From the IMG/VR virus record IMGVR_UViG_3300032240_001498, positions 136,605 to 200,604 of that record: 64,000 nucleotides of DNA; one strand, 5' to 3'. Every line of letters begins with the position of its first letter. Position 1 is the stretch's first letter. Below are positions 35,554 to 44,827 of this stretch, one piece after another. This DNA comes from a virus (Duplodnaviria > Caudoviricetes). A model generated the notes under the pieces. It searched no databases. It was not told the DNA's origin and was given only the letters and a program-made list of their open reading frames with translations. A program made the position numbers and the translations under genes.

Positions 35554-37804
35554 CTTCTGGAGTATTCTTAACAGCTACGGGTAGTATTTCTACCAAGTCA
35601 AATACAAACTTGTCCTTGTCCATGGTTAGATTAATAACACCACCGTTAGTTAACTTGCCAAACAGGATCTCACGTGATAGGGGCTTCTTGATCTCGTCTT
35701 CAATAACTCTAAACAATGGGCGAGCACCCATCTTAGTATTGAATCCTTTCTTAACCAAGTACTCTAATGCGCTGGTATCTGGTTTAACATGGATATTCTT
35801 ATCTTTAACTAATGCGTTAAGTTCGTCAATAAACTTCTTAACAATCTTAATCATTGTTTCATGACTTAGTTTGCTGAATTGAATAATGCCGTCTAAGCGA
35901 TTGCGGAATTCAGGAGCAAAGAATCTATTAACAGCATCTTTGTTGTCATATTCTTTCTCCATCTTACCAAAGCCAATACCGTTTTTCTCAGCATCACTTG
36001 CACCTAGGTTACTGGTTAAGATAACAATAGCCTGACGTGCATCTGCTTTCTTACCGTTGCTACCTGTAACAAACCCATTGTCCATAAGTTGCAATAGGAT
36101 ATTGCTAACGCTTGGGTGTGCTTTTTCAATCTCGTCTAGCAACAGGATACAGTTTGGATGTTCTTGTAGTTTAGTAATCAATTGTCCGGCATTATCTTCA
36201 AAGCCAACATAGCCGGGAGGGGCACCAATCAACTTGGCAACGGAATGTTGTTCTTGGTATTCACTCATATCAAAGCGAACCATTTGCACACCCATTTGCT
36301 CTGCAAGTACTTTAGCAGTTTCTGTCTTGCCACAACCTGTTGGACCAACAAACAAGAAACTACCAATGGGTTTGTTAATTGCTTTAAGACCAGCTTGGCT
36401 AATGTAAATTTTGTCTAACAAGATATCAATTGCTTTTTCTTGGCCAAACACCTTGTTACGCATGTTCTTATCAAGCTCTTTAAGATTCTTATTTTCCTTG
36501 CTAGACACCTGTTCTAAAGGCAAGCCAGTAATCTTAGCTACTTCAAAAACAATTTCATCATGATCGACAATACCACCATCTTCGTCACGTACCTTAAAGC
36601 GGGCACACGCACAGTCAATTAGGTCAATGGCCTTGTCTGGCAATTTACGATCGCTAATATATTTGGTTGAATACTTAACTGAATCGACAATGGCTTGAGT
36701 TGTAATCTTAACATTGTGATGTTTTTCGTAATACTTCTTAAGACCCTTCATGATCTTAATAGCAGTTGCTTCATTTGGCTCGTCAACTGTTACACGCTGG
36801 AATCGACGCATTAGCGCACGATCCTTCTCAAAGTGCTTGCGATATTCTTCCCAAGTAGTAGAAGCAATAACCTTTAGAGTACCTTTGCCCAATGCTGGCT
36901 TTAACATATTGGCCATGTCGTTTGATCCGCCACTTACTGCACCTGCACCGTTCATCATGTGTGCTTCGTCGATGAACAGAATAGTGTTCTTTTTACGTTC
37001 AAGTGCATGGATAACCATCTTCAAGCGTTCTTCAAAGTCTCCACGATACTTAGATCCGGCAAGCATGGCACTAATATCTAGTGAGTATACAACGTGATCT
37101 TTGATATACTTAGGTACTGTACCTGCTAGGATCTTGTTAGCAAGTCCTTCTGCAATAGCAGTCTTACCCACGCCTGGATCACCGATCATCATTACGTTTG
37201 ATTTTGTACGACGGGCAAGAATAAGTTGAATTTCTTCAATTTCTTTTTCACGACCAATAACTGGATCGATCTTTTTCTCTTTAGCACGTTTGCTAAGATT
37301 CACACAATATTGTGCCAACATCTTTTCTAGTTGTGGGCTGGCACCTTCTTTGCCCTCTATAACTTCAGATTCTTCAGCTTCGTTGTTTAGATATTCAATG
37401 AACTTGTCTTTGTCAATCTTAGACTTACGAATCACATAAGCGGCATAACTTTTCTTTTCTGAGAACATGCTCAAAAAACAGTCCATTGGTTCAATAGTAC
37501 TTCTACCGCCAAACAATACCTGTGTAAATGCTCTGTTAAGCATACGTTCCATTGCATGGGTTTTTTTAGGTTTTTGTCCATCCACTGATGCAATAGAAGA
37601 TAATTCAGTTGTTACATATTCTGTAATGTCCGTCTTTAGCTGATTAGTATCAGCACCAAAGTCTGATAGTTTTTTATCAAATTTTTCATCTAACAACAAA
37701 CCGTATAGGAAATGTTCTAGGGTGATATATTCGTGTTTATGACTCATCGCAAGATGAACAGCACGTTCAAAAATACGTTCTAGGTCTTGATTAGGTTCAA
37801 GCAT
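35525..37804 (-). CDS. clpA: ClpA ATP-dependent Clp protease ATPase subunit
   Basis: It has the N-domain HEYITLEH, D1 GDPGVGKT/LFIDEAH and D2 GPTGCGKT/LLLDEIEKAH. The ClpP-docking GIGF loop is present, as are FAPEFRNRLD and GARPL. There is no ClpB middle coiled coil. Confidence 0.92.
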   Translation of the reverse strand: MLEPNQDLERIFERAVHLAMSHKHEYITLEHFLYGLLLDEKFDKKLSDFGADTNQLKTDITEYVTTELSSIASVDGQKPKKTHAMERMLNRAFTQVLFGGRSTIEPMDCFLSMFSEKKSYAAYVIRKSKIDKDKFIEYLNNEAEESEVIEGKEGASPQLEKMLAQYCVNLSKRAKEKKIDPVIGREKEIEEIQLILARRTKSNVMMIGDPGVGKTAIAEGLANKILAGTVPKYIKDHVVYSLDISAMLAGSKYRGDFEERLKMVIHALERKKNTILFIDEAHMMNGAGAVSGGSNDMANMLKPALGKGTLKVIASTTWEEYRKHFEKDRALMRRFQRVTVDEPNEATAIKIMKGLKKYYEKHHNVKITTQAIVDSVKYSTKYISDRKLPDKAIDLIDCACARFKVRDEDGGIVDHDEIVFEVAKITGLPLEQVSSKENKNLKELDKNMRNKVFGQEKAIDILLDKIYISQAGLKAINKPIGSFLFVGPTGCGKTETAKVLAEQMGVQMVRFDMSEYQEQHSVAKLIGAPPGYVGFEDNAGQLITKLQEHPNCILLLDEIEKAHPSVSNILLQLMDNGFVTGSNGKKADARQAIVILTSNLGASDAEKNGIGFGKMEKEYDNKDAVNRFFAPEFRNRLDGIIQFSKLSHETMIKIVKKFIDELNALVKDKNIHVKPDTSALEYLVKKGFNTKMGARPLFRVIEDEIKKPLSREILFGKLTNGGVINLTMDKDKFVFDLVEILPVAVKNTPEVEDAETVNE

Positions 37805-38309
37805 TAAATTTCCTTCTATTTGATTTTAATTTTTTAAGCGCCATTGCCCATTTTAACTGGCTGACACGATCTGAAAACACAACCCCTTCGAGATGGTCCA
37901 ACTCATGCAAAAATACCTTGCACATGTAACCGTCAAACTCACCTTCCATTGGCTCCCCGCTACTATTTTGCCAACTGACCTTAATAGCTTTAGGCCTCTT
38001 TATATTAACATATATTCCGGGAAAACTCAAACATCCTTCTTCCAAATCAGCTATATCTTTTGTGTTAGCTGTTACAATTGGATTAAAAAATACAGTAGCA
38101 TTTTCTGGAATACGTGGATCGCCCATTGCAAACGCTCGAGTCTCTACTCCTGCTTGATTAGCCGCAAGCCCAATACCGCCGTTGGCAAACATGGTTTCAA
38201 TTAAATTCTTTTCTAATTCTTTTGGATCGACTACTGGATTAGCAAAATCAAAATCAGGCATTTTACTTCGTAGTATCGGGTTTGGAAATTTAATAATTTG
38301 TAGTATCAT
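37797..38309 (-). CDS. def: Peptide deformylase
   Basis: It contains GIGLAANQ, EGCLS and HELDH. Confidence 0.93.
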   Translation of the reverse strand: MILQIIKFPNPILRSKMPDFDFANPVVDPKELEKNLIETMFANGGIGLAANQAGVETRAFAMGDPRIPENATVFFNPIVTANTKDIADLEEGCLSFPGIYVNIKRPKAIKVSWQNSSGEPMEGEFDGYMCKVFLHELDHLEGVVFSDRVSQLKWAMALKKLKSNRRKFNA

Positions 38310-39115
38310 TACTTGATGATCTTTCTTATAGCTTCTTTTTGTTGTTCGCTAATAGTTGGAATTTTAATTTTTAATTGCAAAAGTAATCGACCTCTACTAC
38401 CACTATTGTTGACATTTGGCATTCCGTGATCTGCAATAGCCATTACTGCATCGTGTTGGGTGCCAGCTGGAACATTGCCGGTTAAAGTCTTTCCGTCAAT
38501 AGTAGTAATGTTTATTTGAGATCCTAACATTGCATCAAAGCAATTAATATCAATTTCTTTAATTAAGTCATCACCTTGTCTAACAAACTCATGATGATTC
38601 ATTACCTCGACAGTGATTAGAACATCACCTGCTGGAAGTCCGCTAAGGGTATCATCGCCCATACCACTTAGGCGTAAGGTCATTCCATTGTGTATACCTG
38701 CTGGGATTTTTACATTGACAATTTTTTCCTGACCATTTGCTTTGATAAAACTAAACACCATTTCTTTGCCATAGAATGCATCTTCTAAAGAAATACGTGT
38801 GCCAAAGTTTAAATCTCTATTGCGAGATCTATGGGGTCTAAACAAATCACTAAATTGACTGTGACCAAAGAATGCATCAAATCCTGGCGGGAATCCAAAT
38901 CCGGAATTGTGTTGATGATACGCTTGTTGTGGCTGATCGTATCCGCTACGTTTTTGTTCGTCGCCTAGTGTGTCGTAGGCTTCTTGGATTTCTTTGAATT
39001 TAGCAGTATCGCCTCCGCGATCGGGGTGGTGCTTCATTGCTAGGCTTCTATAAGCCTTTTTGATTTCATCTTGTGATGCGCCTTTCTGGACGCCTAAGGT
39101 ATCGTAGTAATTCAT
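38309..39115 (-). CDS. dnaJ: DnaJ-class chaperone without zinc finger (CbpA-like)
   Basis: It has a J-domain with HPD, a G/F-rich region, and C-terminal GDLIKE and GRLLL motifs. Confidence 0.88.
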   Translation of the reverse strand: MNYYDTLGVQKGASQDEIKKAYRSLAMKHHPDRGGDTAKFKEIQEAYDTLGDEQKRSGYDQPQQAYHQHNSGFGFPPGFDAFFGHSQFSDLFRPHRSRNRDLNFGTRISLEDAFYGKEMVFSFIKANGQEKIVNVKIPAGIHNGMTLRLSGMGDDTLSGLPAGDVLITVEVMNHHEFVRQGDDLIKEIDINCFDAMLGSQINITTIDGKTLTGNVPAGTQHDAVMAIADHGMPNVNNSGSRGRLLLQLKIKIPTISEQQKEAIRKIIK

Positions 39116-39125
39116 ATCGGAAATA

Positions 39126-39168
39126 AAAAAGCAAGGTTCATAGTGTAATTATACACTCGAAGCCTTGC
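39126..39168 (-). terminator. Intrinsic terminator overlapping a promoter
   Basis: The minus strand reads GCAAGG-C-TTC-G-AGTGTA-TAAT-TACACT-AT-GAA-CCTTGC-TTTTTT after the last lysis-block gene. Confidence 0.65.
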
Positions 39169-39177
39169 CTGTGTCAA
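39148..39177 (-). promoter_or_regulatory. Sigma70-type promoter for dnaJ-def-clpA
   Basis: TTGACA (39177-39172), 18 nt spacer, TATAAT (39153-39148). Confidence 0.7.
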
Positions 39178-39185
39178 ATAAAGAA

Positions 39186-39398
39186 TTATTTTTTCTTGGC
39201 AGGTTCTGGAACCTTTTCGCCTTCGACTTTCTTATGAGTTTTGATCTTTTTGCAATCTTGAGCTTGCTTACCAGTTTTCTTATCCATTACAGCTTTACCT
39301 GCCTTGTCTACTTTTGGTGTGCAAACTTCTTTAGTTTCTCCGCCTGCAAATGCTGTAGTGGCTACGCATAATGCTAATAGTGCTAATAATTTTTTCAT
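39186..39398 (-). CDS. Small secreted K-rich protein with two Cys (70 aa)
   Basis: It has the signal peptide MKKLLALLALCVATTAFA followed by a basic mature part with a C..C pair. Confidence 0.7.
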   Translation of the reverse strand: MKKLLALLALCVATTAFAGGETKEVCTPKVDKAGKAVMDKKTGKQAQDCKKIKTHKKVEGEKVPEPAKKK

Positions 39399-39409
39399 TT
39401 TATGTTTCC

Positions 39410-39949
39410 TTATAAAACAGGATCTGGGTCCTGCGGTACTATTTTCTTACCACTTGCTGTTGTAGCTATTGGTGTTGTTCCCCAGCTCGGTGCTGGCGCG
39501 ACTGGTGCTGAAGGTGCGCCTCCAAACCCGCCTCCGCCAAAGCTACTTGGTGCTGGTGTTGCGGCTGGAGCGCCGAAGCCCCCAGTCGGTGCACCGAATC
39601 CTGCGCTAGGTGCGCTAGATGTTGCTGGCCCGCTCGGGAATCCTGTCGTTGGTGTTTGTGCTCCGCCATTGTTTGCTCCATTTAGTTTTTCTTGTGTACG
39701 ACCAAATGCCGCAATACCTAATACAGCACCCATCGCAATATGGAATAAGCCAGCACCTTGTAGTGTTAATGGATTCCATTGCGTAATTGCTGTGTGTGTA
39801 ACGGCTTGTAAGACGCTCCATAGCACTGGAAATACTACCATGTCCATGGTACAGATTAACATGTACATCCAACCCATCATTGGACGCCATTTTGAATTCA
39901 TCCAATCTTCTTTTTTCTTTTCGCTTTCGCTTGTAAATTGTTCGCTCAT
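39410..39949 (-). CDS. Holin-like protein (GTA 3TM-holin type) with low-complexity tail
   Basis: It contains W...WRPMMGW, hydrophobic helices and LGIAAFGRTQEK. It has an A/P/G-rich C-terminus and sits in the lysis block. Confidence 0.65.
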   Translation of the reverse strand: MSEQFTSESEKKKEDWMNSKWRPMMGWMYMLICTMDMVVFPVLWSVLQAVTHTAITQWNPLTLQGAGLFHIAMGAVLGIAAFGRTQEKLNGANNGGAQTPTTGFPSGPATSSAPSAGFGAPTGGFGAPAATPAPSSFGGGGFGGAPSAPVAPAPSWGTTPIATTASGKKIVPQDPDPVL

Positions 39950-39959
39950 ATATTGTCCT

Positions 39960-40544
39960 TTAAATCCATAAGAATACGCCGTTTAGGCTTAATAGTAAAC
40001 CAATACCTGCTACTACAAAACTACCCCAGAACAAAGGCATACTAACAGCAAGAATACTGGCTGACAATAATACGATTGCTAATTGATATGCTGTTGATGC
40101 ATAACCAATCCAAGGACTACGTGTCTTAGCATCATCGCGTTCTGCTTCTAAGGCTTTGGCTTTGATCATTAGGTCTTTCTTGCCTTCTTTAGGCTCGTTT
40201 TCGTAACGATCGATCTTCGCAGCCATCTCGACAGCACGGGCTTTATCGCCATTGTGTTGCGCTTCGTACAAGTTCTGCTCTGCTAGGCTTTGTTTGATTG
40301 ATTTAGCTTGATAAAAACTATAAGTGTCGTTAGCCTTGATAGTATTGTTCAATACTGTGCTAGATAACTTACCGCCGTACCATGCGTTAACTGCTAGACA
40401 TAGAGCAAATACGTTAATAACCATACCTGCTTTGTCTTTGATCTTTGCTTCACGCTCTGAACGTGATCCTGCCGGAGGCTTAGGTGCATCCGGATCTTTT
40501 GGTGTTTTGTTTACTAAATTTAATACTGAATCGATTAGTGCCAT
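39960..40544 (-). CDS. Membrane protein with periplasmic helical domain (DUF4337-like)
   Basis: It has one N-terminal TM, a helical loop with YSFYQAKSIKQ, and two C-terminal TMs. Confidence 0.6.
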   Translation of the reverse strand: MALIDSVLNLVNKTPKDPDAPKPPAGSRSEREAKIKDKAGMVINVFALCLAVNAWYGGKLSSTVLNNTIKANDTYSFYQAKSIKQSLAEQNLYEAQHNGDKARAVEMAAKIDRYENEPKEGKKDLMIKAKALEAERDDAKTRSPWIGYASTAYQLAIVLLSASILAVSMPLFWGSFVVAGIGLLLSLNGVFLWI

Positions 40545-40569
40545 CGTTCGCTCCTTGCTATACTCTTAT

Positions 40570-40818
40570 TTAATACATTGATGCTAGATTTACCAGTGCG
40601 TTCATTGCTGTGTTAATGTTTTCTTTTAACTGTAAATCTTGCACACTTTCGTTAATATTCTTTTCGTGATACAGATCAGTGATCATTTCTGTATACTCGC
40701 CTGCGCTAAGTTGTTTTTGTTCTAAGGCTTGTTTTAAAGCCATTGCACGATTAGCAAGATCCTGCATGTTAGGATCGCCTGTGTTAAAAATAGCTTCTAA
40801 TTGTTGTTCGATAGTCAT
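40570..40818 (-). CDS. Hypothetical helical protein (82 aa)
   Basis: It has an ATGA coupling. Confidence 0.7.
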   Translation of the reverse strand: MTIEQQLEAIFNTGDPNMQDLANRAMALKQALEQKQLSAGEYTEMITDLYHEKNINESVQDLQLKENINTAMNALVNLASMY

Positions 40819-41216
40819 CTTGGTTTCTTTCCTATAACATTTTGAATGTTAACAGCATTGCGCTCAATACTGCTAAATTTTGTAGTACAGTACATCATAC
40901 TAACAGGTTCTTTTCCGTGATATCGTTCACTTAATCCTTTAACGATTTCGGCCAACTCGCTACCCATCTTAGTAGCTTCTTCATTATGCGGAATGCTTTG
41001 AGTGTAGTTCTTAAACTCTACAGCAGTACGCCAAACACGGTCAACTTCTTCAATTACTTCGGGTTTGCCACATTTAGCCGCACCTAAGTTTGCTTCAGTT
41101 CTAATTTTGTTGATTAATAAGTATTCGTTGTTGTCAAATCGTGCCATAAAGTATGCATCATATAATGCACACCCTTGCAACAAACTGATTACTGCAAGTA
41201 GGATTAATTTTTTCAT
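40815..41216 (-). CDS. Lipoprotein (133 aa)
   Basis: It has the lipobox LLQGC and two further Cys. Confidence 0.7.
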   Translation of the reverse strand: MKKLILLAVISLLQGCALYDAYFMARFDNNEYLLINKIRTEANLGAAKCGKPEVIEEVDRVWRTAVEFKNYTQSIPHNEEATKMGSELAEIVKGLSERYHGKEPVSMMYCTTKFSSIERNAVNIQNVIGKKPR

Positions 41217-41482
41217 TTGATCGTCTCAAATATTTTCTTTTGACTGTTATACCATTGTATCCAAGCATCTACTCGAATACGGCATTCTTGGTATTGTCCA
41301 TAGTTGTCGACTACTACTGATACGACTTCACTAAGTTTTGTAGTATTTGGATCAGTTTCTTTTAGATCAGGACAAGCTACTTTTAACTCTTCTGGTACTT
41401 GCGGAAAACTCATTGTTACAGGTACTGAGGTAGCACATGCTGATAGGATCAATACAGAAAGTAAAACTAATAATCGTTTCAT
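41213..41482 (-). CDS. o-spanin (Rz1-like) lipoprotein
   Basis: It has the lipobox LSAC and a Pro-rich linker, and it follows the i-spanin candidate. Confidence 0.7.
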   Translation of the reverse strand: MKRLLVLLSVLILSACATSVPVTMSFPQVPEELKVACPDLKETDPNTTKLSEVVSVVVDNYGQYQECRIRVDAWIQWYNSQKKIFETIK

Positions 41483-41961
41483 TTCTTAACCTCCTCAATG
41501 GTAACAGTTCCTTTGCGGAGTTTTGCGGCATCATTTAAAATGCTTATAGCTTCTGGAGCAACCTTACATTCTGCGTCAATACGCTTTTCAATTTCTTTAA
41601 TGCGATCTTGATAGACTATTTGTAGTTCTTTAACTTTCTTTACACGATCAACATATACTTTTTTTACAACTACATTTGTTTCTTGTGATTTAACTTCGGC
41701 GGCCGCTACCTTTGCTTCTGCTTCTTTTACTTTATCACGCCATGCCATTTCTGTGTCATAGCCACCACGTAGCCACACACCTAATATTACTAGAGCAATA
41801 CCTACTGGTTTAATAAAACCTATATAACGTCCGTACACAGGAATAAACTTGCTGAACCATCCGGCAAACATTCCTGTAATACCTAGAGCAATAATAAACC
41901 AGTAGACCCAGTTTAGAACAGCATCAGGTATCAAACTGAACATCCAAGCAATTTGGCTCAT
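41479..41961 (-). CDS. i-spanin (Rz-like)
   Basis: N-terminal TM helices are followed by a coiled coil with a Cys. It lies directly after the endolysin. Confidence 0.65.
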   Translation of the reverse strand: MSQIAWMFSLIPDAVLNWVYWFIIALGITGMFAGWFSKFIPVYGRYIGFIKPVGIALVILGVWLRGGYDTEMAWRDKVKEAEAKVAAAEVKSQETNVVVKKVYVDRVKKVKELQIVYQDRIKEIEKRIDAECKVAPEAISILNDAAKLRKGTVTIEEVKK

Positions 41962-41964
41962 GAA

Positions 41965-42591
41965 TTATCCTTGTAGAACGTGGATAGCGTGTTGGTAATG
42001 CTGTTGGCGATCTGCTAAACCTAATGTGCCGCCGTTGATCTTCTTAGTCATAGTAAGAATGTCACCTGAATCTGCGTATTGGTTTAAGTTATTTGTTTCC
42101 CAGAACCAGCAAGCTGATTGTATAGCACCTTCAAACGTGGCCAGGAAGTCTGGAATTTCTTCTAATGGGGTTTCGATGCTATTAGCAAATGCTGTGTAGT
42201 TTGATTTACCGGTAAGTTGAATCAACCCACGACCACAATAACGGAATCCATCGCCACTGGCTTCATCACCGTTGCCCATACGGTTAGCATAAGCACGATT
42301 AGCAATAGCTTCTTGATTATGAGCATACTGATTAGCATTGCCAGAATTAAAATAACGTGGCCAAACTTTGCATAATGTTTCTGCACGATAGTTCAAGTTC
42401 TCTTTGAGAGCTCTATAACCACCCGACTCGTGTGCTGTCTGTGCTAAGAAAGCCGCTACACGCTCAGGAGTATCAATGTCGTAATCAGGAAGTATCTTAG
42501 ATAACGCTTCGTGCCAATGATCAAGATAAGGGTTACCCGGAAGTATCTTTGCTAATTTGTCTACTGTAAAATCAAATGTAAAGTCTGACAT
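41965..42591 (-). CDS. Endolysin, glycoside hydrolase family 19
   Basis: It contains AFLAQTAHESG, ENLNY, GDG..Y.GRGLIQLTGKSNY and INGG. Confidence 0.9.
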   Translation of the reverse strand: MSDFTFDFTVDKLAKILPGNPYLDHWHEALSKILPDYDIDTPERVAAFLAQTAHESGGYRALKENLNYRAETLCKVWPRYFNSGNANQYAHNQEAIANRAYANRMGNGDEASGDGFRYCGRGLIQLTGKSNYTAFANSIETPLEEIPDFLATFEGAIQSACWFWETNNLNQYADSGDILTMTKKINGGTLGLADRQQHYQHAIHVLQG

Positions 42592-42593
42592 GT

Positions 42594-43349
42594 TTATCCT
42601 TTATTAAAATTTACAAGTGCGGCTTGGTCATGTTTTCTAATAACAAACTTGCCGCCTATCTTGTTGATATCATAGTTACCTAAATATTTGGTAAGATAAA
42701 ATATTTCCGATGTTGATGTTTCATCGATTTGATAAGGACCTTTAAGGTCTTCCATAATTTTGTCGTACTGACCGATGCACTCTAATTCTAATTTCAAACT
42801 ATCGAAGAATGGCTTTTTAAATGTAAGTGTCATACTTTCATCAACTGAAACTTCAACGCCACCTTCACTGAAGAATGTGTTGACTTCTTGATTTCTGTTT
42901 TCGTTCAGTTTCATGTCGTAATCTTCCGGAGTCAACGGTACACTTTCTGTTATTCCATCCTCGGTAAAATCACGACTCATTGAATCTTTATAGAATCTAA
43001 ACTTCCACTCATCATTGCCTGTTAGTTTAGTTAATCCATCTAGAATTGTTCTAATCTGACTTGGCAACTTCTTAGTGCGTTCCATTTCAACAAACACACT
43101 ATACTTGCTGTCGCGTTCTTCACCTGAGCTAATGTCAGAGTCAAGAATGAATCCGTAGCCGCGCTCAAGGAATTCCATCATATCTATTGCAGGGAATTTA
43201 TCGTTGACTCTAAAACGTAAGACGGCGCAGTCACGATCGTTGCCCATTTTGCTGGTATACTGATCTACTGTAAAGATGTTATCTACACAGCCTTTTAGGT
43301 CTCCTTCTCTAAGACCTTCAAATAATTTATTGCGGGGTTGCTGGGACAT
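42594..43349 (-). CDS. Hypothetical protein (251 aa)
   Basis: It is a long ORF in the late block. Confidence 0.8.
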   Translation of the reverse strand: MSQQPRNKLFEGLREGDLKGCVDNIFTVDQYTSKMGNDRDCAVLRFRVNDKFPAIDMMEFLERGYGFILDSDISSGEERDSKYSVFVEMERTKKLPSQIRTILDGLTKLTGNDEWKFRFYKDSMSRDFTEDGITESVPLTPEDYDMKLNENRNQEVNTFFSEGGVEVSVDESMTLTFKKPFFDSLKLELECIGQYDKIMEDLKGPYQIDETSTSEIFYLTKYLGNYDINKIGGKFVIRKHDQAALVNFNKG

Positions 43350-43881
43350 CTGTCTGCTCCGTGCTGTCTATTTGGCCTGGCATAGCCTCTTGTGCCGCTT
43401 CTGTTGGCTCCATATTAGATGCTTCTGCTTTTTGCATAGCTTCGGCGTATTGAATATTGTCTTGTAATTCTTTGCCTGTAAAGATATCTTGCATTAATTT
43501 CTTAGGAACTGTGATCTCTACTACCCAAATAGGATGTGGATCGATCTTGCCTTTCTTTGTACCAGGACGAAAGTCGCTTGGCTTGCGTACCTTGCGTGGG
43601 ACTAGAATTTTATTCTTTTGGAATGTAACTTTGCAACCATACTCTAATAGACGTTCAGCGCCTTCTGGATCTGGCATATCATTTTCTGGCCACATGAATT
43701 TACAGCTAACAAAATATCTGCTGACGTTAGGGCCTGCAAGCAACTCGCCATCTTCCCAATTTTTAAATACGTACAGATCTAGATCATCTAAAACACGCTC
43801 ATAGTCTTTGAGAATTTTAAATGATGAATCGTCTGCCGCCAATGTTTGTATGTTCTTTACAATGTCTACTATATCGTGCAT
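43327..43881 (-). CDS. Hypothetical protein (184 aa)
   Basis: It is the first gene after a minus-strand TAAATA (43903-43908) and has an AGGA RBS. Confidence 0.8.
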   Translation of the reverse strand: MHDIVDIVKNIQTLAADDSSFKILKDYERVLDDLDLYVFKNWEDGELLAGPNVSRYFVSCKFMWPENDMPDPEGAERLLEYGCKVTFQKNKILVPRKVRKPSDFRPGTKKGKIDPHPIWVVEITVPKKLMQDIFTGKELQDNIQYAEAMQKAEASNMEPTEAAQEAMPGQIDSTEQTDVPATPQ

Positions 43882-44006
43882 GTGAGTTCCTGGTAACTCG
43901 AATATTTATGCTAAGAATCGTCTATCCAAAAAAACCCTATTTGAGCTTGGTTTTTTCAAACCTAAGTAAATATCTTTGCAGGTCTCCTAACTAATGGAGG
44001 TTAGAT

Positions 44007-44759
44007 TTGTCAAGAAACATCGCAAAAAGACGTAGCACTCCTCAACAGAGTTCACGTTACAACGACAGTCAAAATGTAGTAGAGTTAAATTCTTACTTTA
44101 AAAAGAAACAGCAGGTAAGCATACTTCCGCGGAACACATCGCAGGAGTACTACCTAGAACTGCTAAAAAATCCCAAAAAACACATAATATTTGCCATTGG
44201 ACCAGCCGGCACGGGCAAAACTATGCTTGGGGTACAATGGGCCATTAAACAATTAAAAGAGGGGGTGATTGAACGGATAATCATTACAAGGCCAGCAGTA
44301 AGTGTTGACGAGGAACATGGCTTCCTCCCAGGTACATTGAACCAGAAGATGGAACCCTGGACAAAGCCTATAATGGACGTATTTCAAGAATATTATCACA
44401 CCAAACAAATAGCAGAGATGCTAGAAGAAGGTGTAATTGAAATTAGTCCGTTAGCATATATGCGCGGTCGTACATTTAAACATGCTATAATTGTTGCAGA
44501 CGAAATGCAAAATGCTACTCCATCGCAAATGAAGATGCTACTTACACGGTTAGGTGAAGGTAGCCGCATGGTTGTAACAGGTGATTTGAATCAAGCTGAC
44601 CGACCCCGTGAAAACGGTTTGTTGGAATTCTGCAGTTTATACGACGAAGGAGGTGACCACCGTATGATTGCCATGGCCAAGTTTCAAACAAAAGATATTG
44701 AACGCCATCCGGTTGTTCGTGAAGTTTTATCTATATACAAGGAGCTGGATACCGATTAA
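44007..44759 (+). CDS. phoH: PhoH-like ATPase
   Basis: It contains GPAGTGKT, RPAV, GFLPG, PLAYMRGRTF, DEMQN, TRLG, GDLNQ and RHP. It has a TTG start with GGAGG. Confidence 0.93.
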   Translation: MSRNIAKRRSTPQQSSRYNDSQNVVELNSYFKKKQQVSILPRNTSQEYYLELLKNPKKHIIFAIGPAGTGKTMLGVQWAIKQLKEGVIERIIITRPAVSVDEEHGFLPGTLNQKMEPWTKPIMDVFQEYYHTKQIAEMLEEGVIEISPLAYMRGRTFKHAIIVADEMQNATPSQMKMLLTRLGEGSRMVVTGDLNQADRPRENGLLEFCSLYDEGGDHRMIAMAKFQTKDIERHPVVREVLSIYKELDTD

Positions 44760-44779
44760 ACTCTAAATCAATTCAAGAG

Positions 44780-44827
44780 AAACCGCGCTTTCACCCAGAC
44801 CTGCAAATCCGGATAGCGCGGTTTTTT
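44780..44827. terminator. Probable terminator between convergent phoH and clamp-loader genes
   Basis: A 10 bp stem, AAACCGCGCT / AGCGCGGTTT, encloses a 25 nt loop and is followed by a T-run on the plus strand. Confidence 0.55.

Noticed and set aside
39490-39670. A GC-rich low-complexity tract that might be a repeat array or foreign insert.
   Set aside because: It is explained by the A/P/G/T-rich tail of the holin-like protein, and there is no exact nucleotide periodicity.
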